NCBI GenBank assembly: GCA_963785165.1
Contig: CAWAUI010000003.1
Location: 53,302-117,301, forward strand
Direction of reading: 5' to 3'
Source: Thermoanaerobaculaceae bacterium
GTDB taxonomy: Bacteria; Acidobacteriota; Thermoanaerobaculia; Multivoradales; UBA5704
DNA length: 64,000 nucleotides
A program made the position numbers and the translations under genes. The notes under the pieces are model-generated. The model worked only from the letters and a program-made list of their open reading frames with translations, ran no database searches and was not told the origin of the DNA. Of the stretch, positions 27,833 to 38,550 are shown in pieces; the first letter of the stretch is position 1, and every line of letters starts with the position of its first letter.

Positions 27833-28319
27833 ATGACAGCGCAAGGATCCTTCAGCCATCTCGACCCCCAGGGCACCGCCCACATGGTGGACGTGTCGGA
27901 AAAGCCCGTCACCCGCCGCGTGGCCGAGGCCTCGTGCCGCGTGTCTGCTCTCTGCCGAGACGCTGTCCCGCCTGGCCGATCTCCCCAAGGGGGACGCCTT
28001 CGCCGTCGCCCGGCTGGCGGGCATCCAGGGCGCCAAGCGCACCTCCGAGCTGATCCCGCTCGCCCACCAGATCCCCCTCGACCAGGTGGAGGTCGACATC
28101 CAGCCCACCGAGGGCCAGGACGGCGTCGAGATCCGCAGCCAGGTGGTGGTCACCGCGCGCACCGGCGCCGAGATGGAGGCGCTGCTCGCCTGCTCGACGG
28201 CGGCCCTCGCCCTCTACGACATGGTCAAGGCCATCGAGCGCGAGCGCCGTGATCACCGACCTGCGCCTGGAAGGCAAGAGCGGCGGCGCGTAGCAGGCGT
28301 GTTCCGGCGGGAGGGTTGA
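27833..28319 (+). CDS. moaC: Cyclic pyranopterin monophosphate synthase MoaC; frameshifted
   Basis: SHLDPQGTAHMVDVSEKPVTRR..., then after a frame change AKRTSELIPLAHQIPLDQVEVDI...VVVTARTGAEMEALLACSTAALALYDMVKAIER. Confidence 0.8.
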
Positions 28320-28324
28320 GGGGC

Positions 28325-29514
<1,190 letters not shown>

Positions 29515-29518
<4 letters not shown>

Positions 29519-29946
29519 AGGGGCCTCACCTCCTCCGCGTCGAAGACGCCCCGGCGGCCTTCGCTCCCTTGATCGAGGCCGCCCGCGCGCTGGGTCTGCG
29601 GATCGGTTGGCTGGAGCTTGGGGTTGCTGCGCCTGCCCCCCTCCCCGAATCCCTGGAAAGCGCCGCGGGCCTGGGCGTTTTGCGCGCCGTGTCGGTGGGA
29701 GAAGGACGGACGGTCGCCGTGAAACCGTTGCGCGGCCGGCCCGTCCTCAAAGATCTCCTGCGGGAACACTTCCAAGGCTGCACCCTGGTGCTCGTGCGGG
29801 GCGGGGGAGAGATTCCCGCTCTCGCCTTGTCACTCCTGGACGGCTCGTACCTCGTCACGCCCCCCGGGGCAGCGTCCCTGAGCTACGCGGTGGCGGATCT
29901 GGCTTTGGCTCTCCGCAAGCCACACCCCTGGGGCACCGGCCTGTAG
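29515..29946 (+). CDS. Hypothetical protein (143 aa)
   Basis: Open frame from a GTG overlapping the upstream stop (GTGA). No motif recognised. Confidence 0.4.
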
Positions 29947-29959
29947 ATAGAACCCCTTT

Positions 29960-32197
29960 CTATGGCACCCTTCGCCACTGGTTCGTCGTGCGGTTGAATT
30001 CCACCGTTACGCCGCCGTTGGTGTCGGCATTGCGCAGGTTGATGGGTACGAAGGCGTTGGCGGGGAAGAGGGACTGGAGGGCCGAGCCGCCGCGCAGGGT
30101 GACCCGGTTCGACTTGCGCACGAAGCTGGTCCAGCGGTGGCCGTCGATCGACACCTGGAGGCTCGGGTGGAAGTTGGAGCCCTGGATGACGATCACGAAC
30201 GGATTGTCCTGCCGGCGAACCAGCGTAACGGCGGGCGCGTCCTGGCTCCCCCCTCCTCCGCCTCCGCTGACATTGACCGTCACCATGCCCAGGTTGGAGT
30301 CGATGGCGCCGTCCCAGGCGGCGAAGGTGAAGGAGTCGGCTCCCGTGAAGCCCGGCTCGGGAACGTAGAGGGCGGTCCGGCCGGAGAGGCCGGCCGTGCC
30401 GTGGGCGGGCTGCGAGACCACCCGCAGCTCCAGGGTGTTGCCGTCCGCGTCGAAGGCGTCGAGGCTCACCGGGACGCCGGCTCCCGCGGGGGTCGAGGCC
30501 GTCGCGTTGCCCACCTGGGGCGGCTGATTGCGCGAGGCGCTCTCACTGTTGGGGCCGTTGTGGCAGGCATAGCAGCTCACCCGAAAGCCGCGCCAGAAGA
30601 ACCGGGTGCCGAACTCGGAGCGCACCGTCCGGTCCGCCTGGGCATAGGAAAGCACGGTGCCGCGGGAGTCCGTGCCATGGCACGCGCGGCAGGCGGAGGC
30701 ACCCCCGTGCTCGGCGGCGTCGCCGTGGCCGTTCACCCAGTCTTGACCGAGCGGGTGCAGGCCGTGGGGGCCGCCGCTCACCGTACGGGGGGAGCCGCCG
30801 TGGCAAGTGGAGCACTCCGAGAGAGGTCCCGCGTGCCCTTGAAGATCGCTGTTCTGGAGGTTGTCGTTGAGGTGCGACGCCGGGTACTCGGCGTGCGTGG
30901 AGCCGTGGCAGGCCTCACAGGCGAGGCCGCCATGGCCGTAGGAGAACCGGAACAGGGAATGGCCGGGGCCGGGGACGTTCGGATTGGTGGCGAACGTCGA
31001 GTCCGCGGCGGGCCGGGGCTGACCGCCTTCGAAGGCCGAGGTGAAGCGGATCTGACCTCGGTTGGTGACGGCCGTACCCGTGTGGCAGCTCTGGCACGAG
31101 GGCTCGTCCAGCCAGCCCTGGCGGTCGGGCGAGCCGACGGCGCTCATGGAACCGTGGCAGCTCTGGCACTGCATCGCCAAGGTTCCGTCCGGGTTGACGG
31201 CGCTGCCCATGGCCCCCCGCAGGCAGCGGGTGGTCGAGCCCGGGTGGCAGCTGTAGCAGGCCGCGCGGTTGGTGGAGGCGTCGAGAGTCTGGCCGTTGCG
31301 CGGGTCGGTCACCCTCGCGTGCAGAGTGTGGATGGTGGCCGTGAGCGCCGAAATGCCGGCGATTCCCGTCCCCGGCAGGGCGTTGGAGGCGTGGCAGCGG
31401 GCACAGAGTATGGGCCTGCCGCCGGTGGCCGTGAGATACAGCCCCCGAGCGTCATAGCCCGCGCGGGCGAGGGCGTCGCGGAAGAGGGGATTCGTCCCCT
31501 GCCGGTCGTCGTGCAACCGGAGGACGTTGAGCCGGTAATCGCGTTCCGGGTTGTTGTCGTTCACCCAGCCCGCGGCTGGCTTCGCGGCGTTGCCGGAGCC
31601 GGAGGCGTGGCAGGCGGTGCAGCTCATCTCGTCCGAGACCGGAAGCACGATCCGCGTCTCGGCCAGCAAGGCACCGCCGCGGTCGCGGGCCACGAGCCGC
31701 ATCAGGGGATAGGGATTCTTGTGGCCGGCGTCATCGTAGGGAGTGATGGGGACGCCTTCCGCGACCCACCAGTCCTGGGAGGCGTCGTAGGACATGGCCC
31801 GTGGTGCGTTCCCCGCGCCGGGCATGGAGAGGCCGGTCAGGCCCGTGTCCGGCGCCGGCGAGGCGCCATAGAGGGCCGATACGAACTGCCAGAAGTTGGT
31901 CTTGCCGAGGGCGGTGCTGTTGATCGATCCCGACGGATCGCGCATCGCCTCGTAGGTGACGAAGATGCCCGCCGGGTCCTGCACGAGGCCGCGCGAGGAG
32001 TCGACGAGCTGGGCGTGGAACGTGTTGTAGGGAGGCAGGATGGAAAACACCGAGTAGTCACTGTCCATGCAGTGCATCCCGAGGTTGTTCCATCCGACGA
32101 GAGTCCAGCCTCCGCCGGCCGCGGCGGACGGGGTGACCGGCAAGGTGGCGGCGAGGAGGACCGGAACGAGGAAGAGGACCTTGAGCAGCTTGCGCAT
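29960..32197 (-). CDS. Secreted nonaheme c-type cytochrome with C-terminal Ig/cadherin-like and IPT-like domains (745 aa)
   Basis: Signal peptide MRKLLKVLFLVPVLLAATL. Nine CxxCH motifs: CTACH, CARCH, CYSCH, CQSCH (x2), CEACH, CSTCH, CRACH, CYACH. C-terminus LRVVSQPAHGTAGLSGRTALYVPEPGFTGADSFTFAAWDG, then a beta-rich tail. Intact ORF. Confidence 0.85.
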   Translation of the reverse strand: MRKLLKVLFLVPVLLAATLPVTPSAAAGGGWTLVGWNNLGMHCMDSDYSVFSILPPYNTFHAQLVDSSRGLVQDPAGIFVTYEAMRDPSGSINSTALGKTNFWQFVSALYGASPAPDTGLTGLSMPGAGNAPRAMSYDASQDWWVAEGVPITPYDDAGHKNPYPLMRLVARDRGGALLAETRIVLPVSDEMSCTACHASGSGNAAKPAAGWVNDNNPERDYRLNVLRLHDDRQGTNPLFRDALARAGYDARGLYLTATGGRPILCARCHASNALPGTGIAGISALTATIHTLHARVTDPRNGQTLDASTNRAACYSCHPGSTTRCLRGAMGSAVNPDGTLAMQCQSCHGSMSAVGSPDRQGWLDEPSCQSCHTGTAVTNRGQIRFTSAFEGGQPRPAADSTFATNPNVPGPGHSLFRFSYGHGGLACEACHGSTHAEYPASHLNDNLQNSDLQGHAGPLSECSTCHGGSPRTVSGGPHGLHPLGQDWVNGHGDAAEHGGASACRACHGTDSRGTVLSYAQADRTVRSEFGTRFFWRGFRVSCYACHNGPNSESASRNQPPQVGNATASTPAGAGVPVSLDAFDADGNTLELRVVSQPAHGTAGLSGRTALYVPEPGFTGADSFTFAAWDGAIDSNLGMVTVNVSGGGGGGSQDAPAVTLVRRQDNPFVIVIQGSNFHPSLQVSIDGHRWTSFVRKSNRVTLRGGSALQSLFPANAFVPINLRNADTNGGVTVEFNRTTNQWRRVP

Positions 32198-32374
32198 GAA
32201 TGCACCTCCGATTTCTGAGGAGCCTCTCCGCTTTGCGCGAGGGGGTCCCGTGTGCCCTCCACGGGAAAAGAAAGAATCAGGACACCAACCCAGCCCACCT
32301 TAGATCCCTACTCCCGGACGCCGGGCCACCTGGGAGGGTGGACGGCTCCGCTCTCCGGGGTAGGAAGGCGCCGG

Positions 32375-32404
32375 TTGGGGGGGTAGGTATGGGTTAGGTA
32401 GAAT
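32375..32404 (+). promoter_or_regulatory. Candidate promoter giving a near-leaderless hen1 transcript
   Basis: TTGGGG, an 18-nt spacer, then TAGAAT, ending 10 nt before the ATG at 32415. No Shine-Dalgarno sequence in between. Confidence 0.3.
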
Positions 32405-32414
32405 CCCGGTCCCC

Positions 32415-33833
32415 ATGCTCCTCACTCTCCGCACCACCCACGTTCCAGCCACGGACCTCGGCCATCTCCTGCACAAGCATCCGGAGCGGCTGCAGACCTT
32501 CGAGCTGCCGTTCGGGCAGGCGCACGTGTTCTACCCCGAGGTCTCCGAAGAGGCCTGCACGGCGGTGCTCTTGCTGGATGTGGATCCCGTGGGCCTGGTG
32601 CGGGGCGAAGGGGCGGCGATGGATCAGTACGTCAACGACCGGCCCTACGTGGCCTCGTCGTTCCTCTCGGTCGCCATCGCCCGGGTGCTCGGGCAGGCGT
32701 TGGGGGGCCGGAAGCCAGAGCGGCAGGAGCTGGCGGAGACGGCGATTCCCCTGGAGGCCCGGCTGGCCGTGCTCCCGTGCCGTGGCGGCGAGGGCGTGCT
32801 GCGCAGGCTCTTCGAGCCTCTCGGCTACGCGGTGACGGCTGAGGGGTATCCCCTCGATCCCAATTTTCCGGAATGGGGAGCGAGCCGCTACTTCACGGTG
32901 ACCCTCAAGGCCGTTTGCCGCCTGGGTGATCTGCTTTCGCACCTCTACGTGCTCGTGCCCGTGCTCGACGACGGCAAGCATTATTGGGTAGGCGATTGGG
33001 TAGGCGATTGGGTGGGCGATGCCGAGATCGAGAAGCTCCTGCGTCACGGTGAAGGCTGGCTCGCCGAGCACCCCGAGCGGGATTTCATCACCCGGCGCTA
33101 CCTCCGCCATCAGCGCGGCCTGATGCGGCAGGCCATGGCCCGGTTGACCGAGGACGAAGAGCCCGAAGAGGAACGGAAGGCCGAGGCCCGGGACGCCGAG
33201 GAGGCCTCGCTGGAGCGCCCTCTGCGCCTTCACGACCAGCGTCTCGATCTCGTGGCGGAGGTCCTGAAAGAGAGCGGTGCCCGGCGGGTCCTCGACCTCG
33301 GCTGTGGCGACGGCAAGCTGCTGAAGCGCCTGCTGGCCGAGCCCCAATACACGGAGATCGTGGGGATGGACGTGAGCTCCCGCGCGCTCGAGGTAGCGGG
33401 GGACCGGCTGAGCCTGGACCGCCTGCCGGCCCGACAGCGGGAGAAGATCCACCTCCGCCAAGGCTCCCTGATGTACCGCGACCGCCGGCTCGCCGGCTAC
33501 GACGCGGCGGCCGTGGTGGAGGTCGTCGAGCACCTCGATCCCCCTCGCCTCGCGGCCTTCGAGCGGAACCTCTTCGAATTCGCGCGGCCCGGCACGGTCG
33601 TTCTCACCACGCCCAACCGCGAGTACAACGCCCGCTGGCCCGCCCTGCCGGCCGGCCGCTTCCGCCACCGCGACCACCGTTTCGAATGGACCCGGGCTGA
33701 ATTCCACGCCTGGGCCGAAGGGATCGCCAACCGTTTCGGTTACGCGGTGCGCTTCGGCCCGGTGGGGGAGGAGGACCCGGAGGTGGGGCCGCCTTCGCAG
33801 ATGGGGATTTTCAGCCGGAGCGCCACGCCGTGA
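32415..33833 (+). CDS. hen1: Bacterial Hen1, RNA 3'-terminal ribose 2'-O-methyltransferase
   Basis: N-terminal domain MLLTLRTTHVPATDLGHLLHKHPERLQTFELPFGQAHVFYPE. MTase motif I RVLDLGCGDGKLL. VVEVVEHLDP. Metal/His cluster FRHRDHRFEWTRAEF. Intact 472 aa. Confidence 0.85.
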   Translation: MLLTLRTTHVPATDLGHLLHKHPERLQTFELPFGQAHVFYPEVSEEACTAVLLLDVDPVGLVRGEGAAMDQYVNDRPYVASSFLSVAIARVLGQALGGRKPERQELAETAIPLEARLAVLPCRGGEGVLRRLFEPLGYAVTAEGYPLDPNFPEWGASRYFTVTLKAVCRLGDLLSHLYVLVPVLDDGKHYWVGDWVGDWVGDAEIEKLLRHGEGWLAEHPERDFITRRYLRHQRGLMRQAMARLTEDEEPEEERKAEARDAEEASLERPLRLHDQRLDLVAEVLKESGARRVLDLGCGDGKLLKRLLAEPQYTEIVGMDVSSRALEVAGDRLSLDRLPARQREKIHLRQGSLMYRDRRLAGYDAAAVVEVVEHLDPPRLAAFERNLFEFARPGTVVLTTPNREYNARWPALPAGRFRHRDHRFEWTRAEFHAWAEGIANRFGYAVRFGPVGEEDPEVGPPSQMGIFSRSATP

Positions 33834-34765
33834 CGGACCGCGGCCTCGGTGTGCCCGAGTGGATCCTGCCGGTTGGAACCCACGTAGTAATTCGTACCGA
33901 AGTACGAAACGGGCGAGGCGAAACCCTCTGCCCGGCCGGAGCCGTAGGGAAAATCGTCAGAGCGCCTGTGGATGGAACCCACGCCTATCGTGTCCTTTTC
34001 CCGGAAGGCAGGGAGCTTTCCTTGACCCGGCAGAATCTCAGCGTCCGCAAACAAGTCCAGCAAGAGGATCTCGCGAAGGCCAGCCCGCCGGATTTGGAAA
34101 GTGAGCTGTACGGGCGGGTGATCTATCGATGTATTGTCGGCTCCGTGGCTTATGGTCTGGCCGGAGAAGGATCGGATATCGACCGGCGCGGTTTCTATCT
34201 TCCTCCGGCGGATCTGCACTGGTCGCTATTTGACGTTCCGGAACAGATCGAAAACCGTGAGACCGAGGAGTGTTACTGGGAAATCCGGAAGTTCCTGACG
34301 ATGGCTCTCAAGGCCAATCCAAACATCCTGGAGTGCCTCTACACCCCGATCGTGGAGCTCAGCACGCCATTGGCGGACGAGCTCATCGCGCACCGGTCGG
34401 TTTTTCTTTCCAAGATGATCTATCAGACCTACAACGGTTATGTGATGTCTCAGTTCAAGCGGCTCGAACAGGACGTCCGCGTCACGGGAGCGCCGCGCTG
34501 GAAACATGCCATGCACCTGATCCGGCTTTTGCTCGCGGGGATCACGGCCCTGCGCGAAGGGATCATTCCGGTACAGGTGGCGGAACATCGGGACCGCTTG
34601 CTGGCCATCAAGAGAGGAGAGGTTCCCTGGGAGGAATTGGACGCCTGGAGGCTGGACCTCCATGTGCAGTTCGAGCGGGCTTTCGTAGCCACGTCCCTTC
34701 CGGACCGGCCGGACTATGAGTGGGCCAACCGTTTTCTGATCGAAGCCCGCAGGAGTGCGGTTTGA
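33830..34765 (+). CDS. Pol-beta-superfamily nucleotidyltransferase (PF10127/RlaP-like) with extra N-terminal ~90-aa domain
   Basis: GSVAYGLAGEGSDIDRRGFYLPP...YWEIRKFLTMALKANPNILECLYTP...QTYNGYVMSQFKRL. GTGA overlap with the hen1 stop. Confidence 0.75.
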   Translation: MTDRGLGVPEWILPVGTHVVIRTEVRNGRGETLCPAGAVGKIVRAPVDGTHAYRVLFPEGRELSLTRQNLSVRKQVQQEDLAKASPPDLESELYGRVIYRCIVGSVAYGLAGEGSDIDRRGFYLPPADLHWSLFDVPEQIENRETEECYWEIRKFLTMALKANPNILECLYTPIVELSTPLADELIAHRSVFLSKMIYQTYNGYVMSQFKRLEQDVRVTGAPRWKHAMHLIRLLLAGITALREGIIPVQVAEHRDRLLAIKRGEVPWEELDAWRLDLHVQFERAFVATSLPDRPDYEWANRFLIEARRSAV

Positions 34766-35550
34766 AGGGCCACGGTGAGAGCTGGACCGGCGATCCGAGG
34801 CTGGCTGCCGAGGTGGCGGAACATCCCTATCCCGTGCTGTTCGCCACCCTGAGCGGTGCCCATCTCTATGGCTTTCCATCGCCGGATTCGGACTTCGACC
34901 TGCGGGGTGTTCATGTCCTGCCCGTGGATGAGTGTCTGAGTCTTGGCGCTGCGGCTGAAACGGTTTCGCTCTCCCACGTGCGCGATGGCATGGAAGTGGA
35001 TCTGGTCACTCATGACGTGCGGAAATTCTTTACGCTTCTACAGCGCAATAACGGGTACGTCCTGGAGCAGCTCTATTCGCCTCTGGTGATCCGGACCACC
35101 TGGGCCCACGCGGAGCTCAAGGAGATCGCTCGCGGCTGCATCACCCGCGGATGCTTGAGGCACTATCGAGGATTCGCTCGCAATCAGTGGGAAATGTTCG
35201 CGCGGCAGTCTCCGCGCCGGGTCAAGACGCTGTTGTACGTCTATCGCGTGCTTCTCTCGGGCATCCACCTTTTGCGGACGGGAGAGGTCAACGCGCATCT
35301 CCTGGGGTGTAATGAGGAGCTTCTGCTTCCTTATCTGGAAGATCTCGTCGCTGAGAAAGCGGGAGGAGCGGAGAAGGGAGCGCTGGAGGCCTCGGACTTC
35401 GCCTTTCATGAGAAGGAGGTCGAACGGCTGAGGGGAGAGCTGGAAGAGGCCGCCACGGTGAGCCCGCTGCCGGAAGAGTCTGCGGCCGGTCAGGCGCTGA
35501 ACGATCTGCTGCTTCGGGTCCGGCGAGAATGGTCGGGAGGGAACTGGTGA
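34720..35550 (+). CDS. Second Pol-beta-superfamily nucleotidyltransferase (PF10127/RlaP-like paralogue)
   Basis: LSGAHLYGFPSPDSDFDLRGVHVLP...VRKFFTLLQRNNGYVLEQLYSP...HYRGFARNQW. The likely real start is the TTG at 34762, overlapping the upstream stop (TTGA). Confidence 0.75.
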   Translation: MGQPFSDRSPQECGLKGHGESWTGDPRLAAEVAEHPYPVLFATLSGAHLYGFPSPDSDFDLRGVHVLPVDECLSLGAAAETVSLSHVRDGMEVDLVTHDVRKFFTLLQRNNGYVLEQLYSPLVIRTTWAHAELKEIARGCITRGCLRHYRGFARNQWEMFARQSPRRVKTLLYVYRVLLSGIHLLRTGEVNAHLLGCNEELLLPYLEDLVAEKAGGAEKGALEASDFAFHEKEVERLRGELEEAATVSPLPEESAAGQALNDLLLRVRREWSGGNW

Positions 35551-38104
35551 AGATCGCCCTCCCCAACCTCGCGCTCGTCGTCCTCATCGGCCCTTCCGGC
35601 GCCGGCAAGTCCACCTTCGCCCGGCGGCACTTCAAGCCCACGGAGATCCTCACGTCCGATCATTGCCGGGCGCTGGTCTCGGACGACGAGAACGATCAGA
35701 CGGCCACGGCGGATGCGTTCGCGGTCCTCCACTTCATCGGCGGCCGGCGCCTCGCGCGGGGTCTCCTGACGGTGGTCGACGCCACCAGCGTTCAGCCGGA
35801 GGCCCGCAAGCCTCTCGTGGAGCTGGCCCGCGCGCATTACGTGTTGCCGGTGGCGATCGTTCTCGATCCTCCGGAGGACGTGCTGGTGGAACGGAACCGG
35901 ACCCGGCCGGACCGCAACTTCGGGTCTCACGTCCTGCGCAACCAGCGGAGTCAGCTCCGGCGGTCGCTCTCCGGTCTCCAGAAGGAGGGCTTTCGCCACG
36001 TCTGGGTCCTGCGCACACCGGAGGAAGCGGAGGCGGTTGAGATCGAGCGGCGGCCTCTCTGGCCCGACCGGCGGGACGACCGGGGTCCATTCGATCTCAT
36101 CGGCGACGTCCACGGCTGCGGGGACGAGTTCGAAGAGCTGCTGGCCACGCTCGGCTATGGGACGGACGCGTCTGGGACCTTCCGTCATCCCGAAGGCCGC
36201 AAGGCCGTCTTCCTGGGCGACTTGGTGGACCGGGGCCCACGGGTGATGGATGTGCTGCGGATCGCCATGGGGATGGTGGAGGCCGGCTCGGCCTTGTGCG
36301 TGCCGGGCAATCACGACGTCAAGCTCGTGCGGTGGCTCCGGGGAAAGAACGTCAAGGTCGCCCATGGCCTGGAGTGCTCCATCGAGCAGATCGAGCGCGA
36401 GCCGCCGGAGTTTCGCGAACGGGTAGAGAAGTTCCTCGACGGCCTGATCAGCCACTACGTGTTGGATGGCGGTCGGCTCGTGGTCGCTCACGCCGGCATG
36501 AAGGCGGAGATGCAGGGGCGTGGCTCCGGCCAGGTGCGCGAGTTTGCCCTCTACGGCGAGACCACCGGGGAGACCGACGAGTTCGGCCTGCCCGTCCGCT
36601 TCGACTGGGCCGCCGAATACCGGGGCACGGCGCCGCGTGGTCTACGGCCACACGCCGGTCGCCGAGCCGAGCTGGCTCAACCGGACGATCAACATCGACA
36701 CCGGGTGCGTCTTCGGCGGCCGGCTCACGGCCCTGCGCTATCCGGAGCGGGAGCTCGTCTCCGTCCCCGCCCGGCGCGGACCTACTGCGGGCACGCCCAG
36801 GCCGTTCCTGGCCGCCTGTCTCCGCGCTGACGGCCCAGCAGGAGCAGGACGACGTGCTCGACCTCGAGGACGTGCTCGGCAAGCGGATCATCCACACCCG
36901 GCTGCGCAGCAACGTCACGATTCGCGAGGAGAACGCCGCCGCGGCCTTGGAGGTCATGAGCCGCTTCGCGGCCGATCCCAAGTGGCTCATCTATCTGCCG
37001 CCCACCATGTCGCCGTCCGAGACCAGCCGCCGTCCGGACCTGCTGGAGCACCCGGCGGAGGCCTTCGCCTATTACCGGCGCCGAGGGCGTCGACCGGGTG
37101 ATCTGCGAAGAGAAGCACATGGGCTCGCGGGCGGTCGTGGTCGTCTGCCGGGACGAGGAGGCGGCCCGCCAACGTTTCGGAGTGGCTGGGCGAAGGGATC
37201 GGCATCTGCTACACACGGACGGGCCGGCGCTTCTTCGACGATGCCGCGCCTGGAGCAACGACTCCTGGACCGGGTGCGGCGACGCCTTCGACGAGCGCCG
37301 GCCTCTGGGACGCGTCTCGACACCGACTGGCTCTGCCTCGACTGCGAGCTGATGCCCTGGTCGGCCAAGGCCCAGGATCTCCTGCGCGAGCAGTACGCCG
37401 CCGTGGGCGCCGCCGCGCGGACGGCCCTCCGCCAAGGCCATCGCCCGCCTGGCCGAGGCGGGCGCCGCAGGGTATCGACGTCGGCAGCCTGCTCGCGCCG
37501 CTACCGCCGGCGCTACGACGTCGCCGGCCGATTCGTGGACGCCTACCGGCGCTATTGCTGGCCGGTCGCGTCGCTCGACGACCTGCACCTCGCGCCCGTT
37601 CCACCTGCTGGCCTCGGAGGGCGCCGTCCACGTGGACAAGGACCACGCCTGGCACATGGAGACGCTGGCCGAGGCTTGCCGGGCCGATCCGGACCTGCTC
37701 TGTCGCCACGCCCTGGCGGACCGTCGACCTGGACGACGCCGGCAGTCGAGGCCGAGGCGATCGCCTGGTGGGAGGAGCTGACCGCGAGCAGGCGGCGAGG
37801 GGATGGTGGTCAAGCCGCTCGACTTCGTCGCCCGGGCCGCCGGGGCCTCACCCAGCCGGCGGTCAAGTGCCGGGGCCGGGAGTACCTGCGGATCATCTAC
37901 GGCCCCGAGTACACGCTGCCGGAGAACCTGGAGCGCCTGCGATCGCGGGGCCTGGCCCGCAAGCGTTCGCTGGCCCTGCGGGAATTCGCCCTCGGAATCG
38001 AGGCGCTGGAGCGCTTCGTCCGCGGCGAGCCGCTGCGCCGCGTCCACGAGTGCGTCTTCGGCGTCCTGGCGCTGGAGAGCGAGCCGGTGGACCCGCGTCT
38101 GTAA
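35529..38104 (+). CDS. pnkp: Polynucleotide kinase-phosphatase/ligase Pnkp; 5' 1.1 kb intact, at least 8 frame changes after ~36.6 kb
   Basis: Kinase P-loop [14 protein letters not shown]. Phosphoesterase GDVHGC...[10 protein letters not shown]...VPGNHD. Ligase lysine motif [11 protein letters not shown]-terminus [26 protein letters not shown]...[16 protein letters not shown]. An alternative GTG start at 35547 overlaps the upstream stop. Confidence 0.85.
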
Positions 38105-38134
38105 AGGGTCGCCCCTACAAGAGGGCACCGCATG

Positions 38135-38514
38135 CTAGTGTAGTGCGTCGCAATTAAGGGCTCTTTTGCCGCCTCTTTGGAAGAGGTAGACCTTGACCTG
38201 TGGCCCTGGAGTCTCAGCCAAAGGCAAAGCCGACAAAACGTTGCCGCCCTGAAGGCAAGGCTCTGGGCGCCCCGTAGGGGTGCGGGCATTAAGCCTGGCG
38301 TTTCAACGCCAGGAAAGAGCCCATCCCCCATCTCCCAAAGCCCTGTAAGGGCGACGGCAGCCCGGTTCAAGCCTCCGCCCCGATGGGGCTTGGGGAGGAG
38401 AGGGAGACTCCTCTCCTGGCGTTGAAACGCCAGGCTTAATGCCCGCACCCCTACGGGGCGCCACGATGCCGACCCTGGCCCATAAGAGTCGGTCTGTTTG
38501 ACGCACTACACTAG
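38135..38514. mobile_element. MITE-like nested palindromic element (380 bp, no ORF)
   Basis: Perfect 15-bp terminal inverted repeats: ctagtgtagtgcgtc (38135-38149) and gacgcactacactag (38500-38514). Perfect 49-bp internal inverted repeat (38266-38314 / 38414-38462). Each internal arm holds its own hairpin, cctggcg-tttcaa-cgccagg. Confidence 0.6.
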
Positions 38515-38550
38515 GCTCCCGGCGAATTCTGAAGAAGTCCTCGTAGGAGC

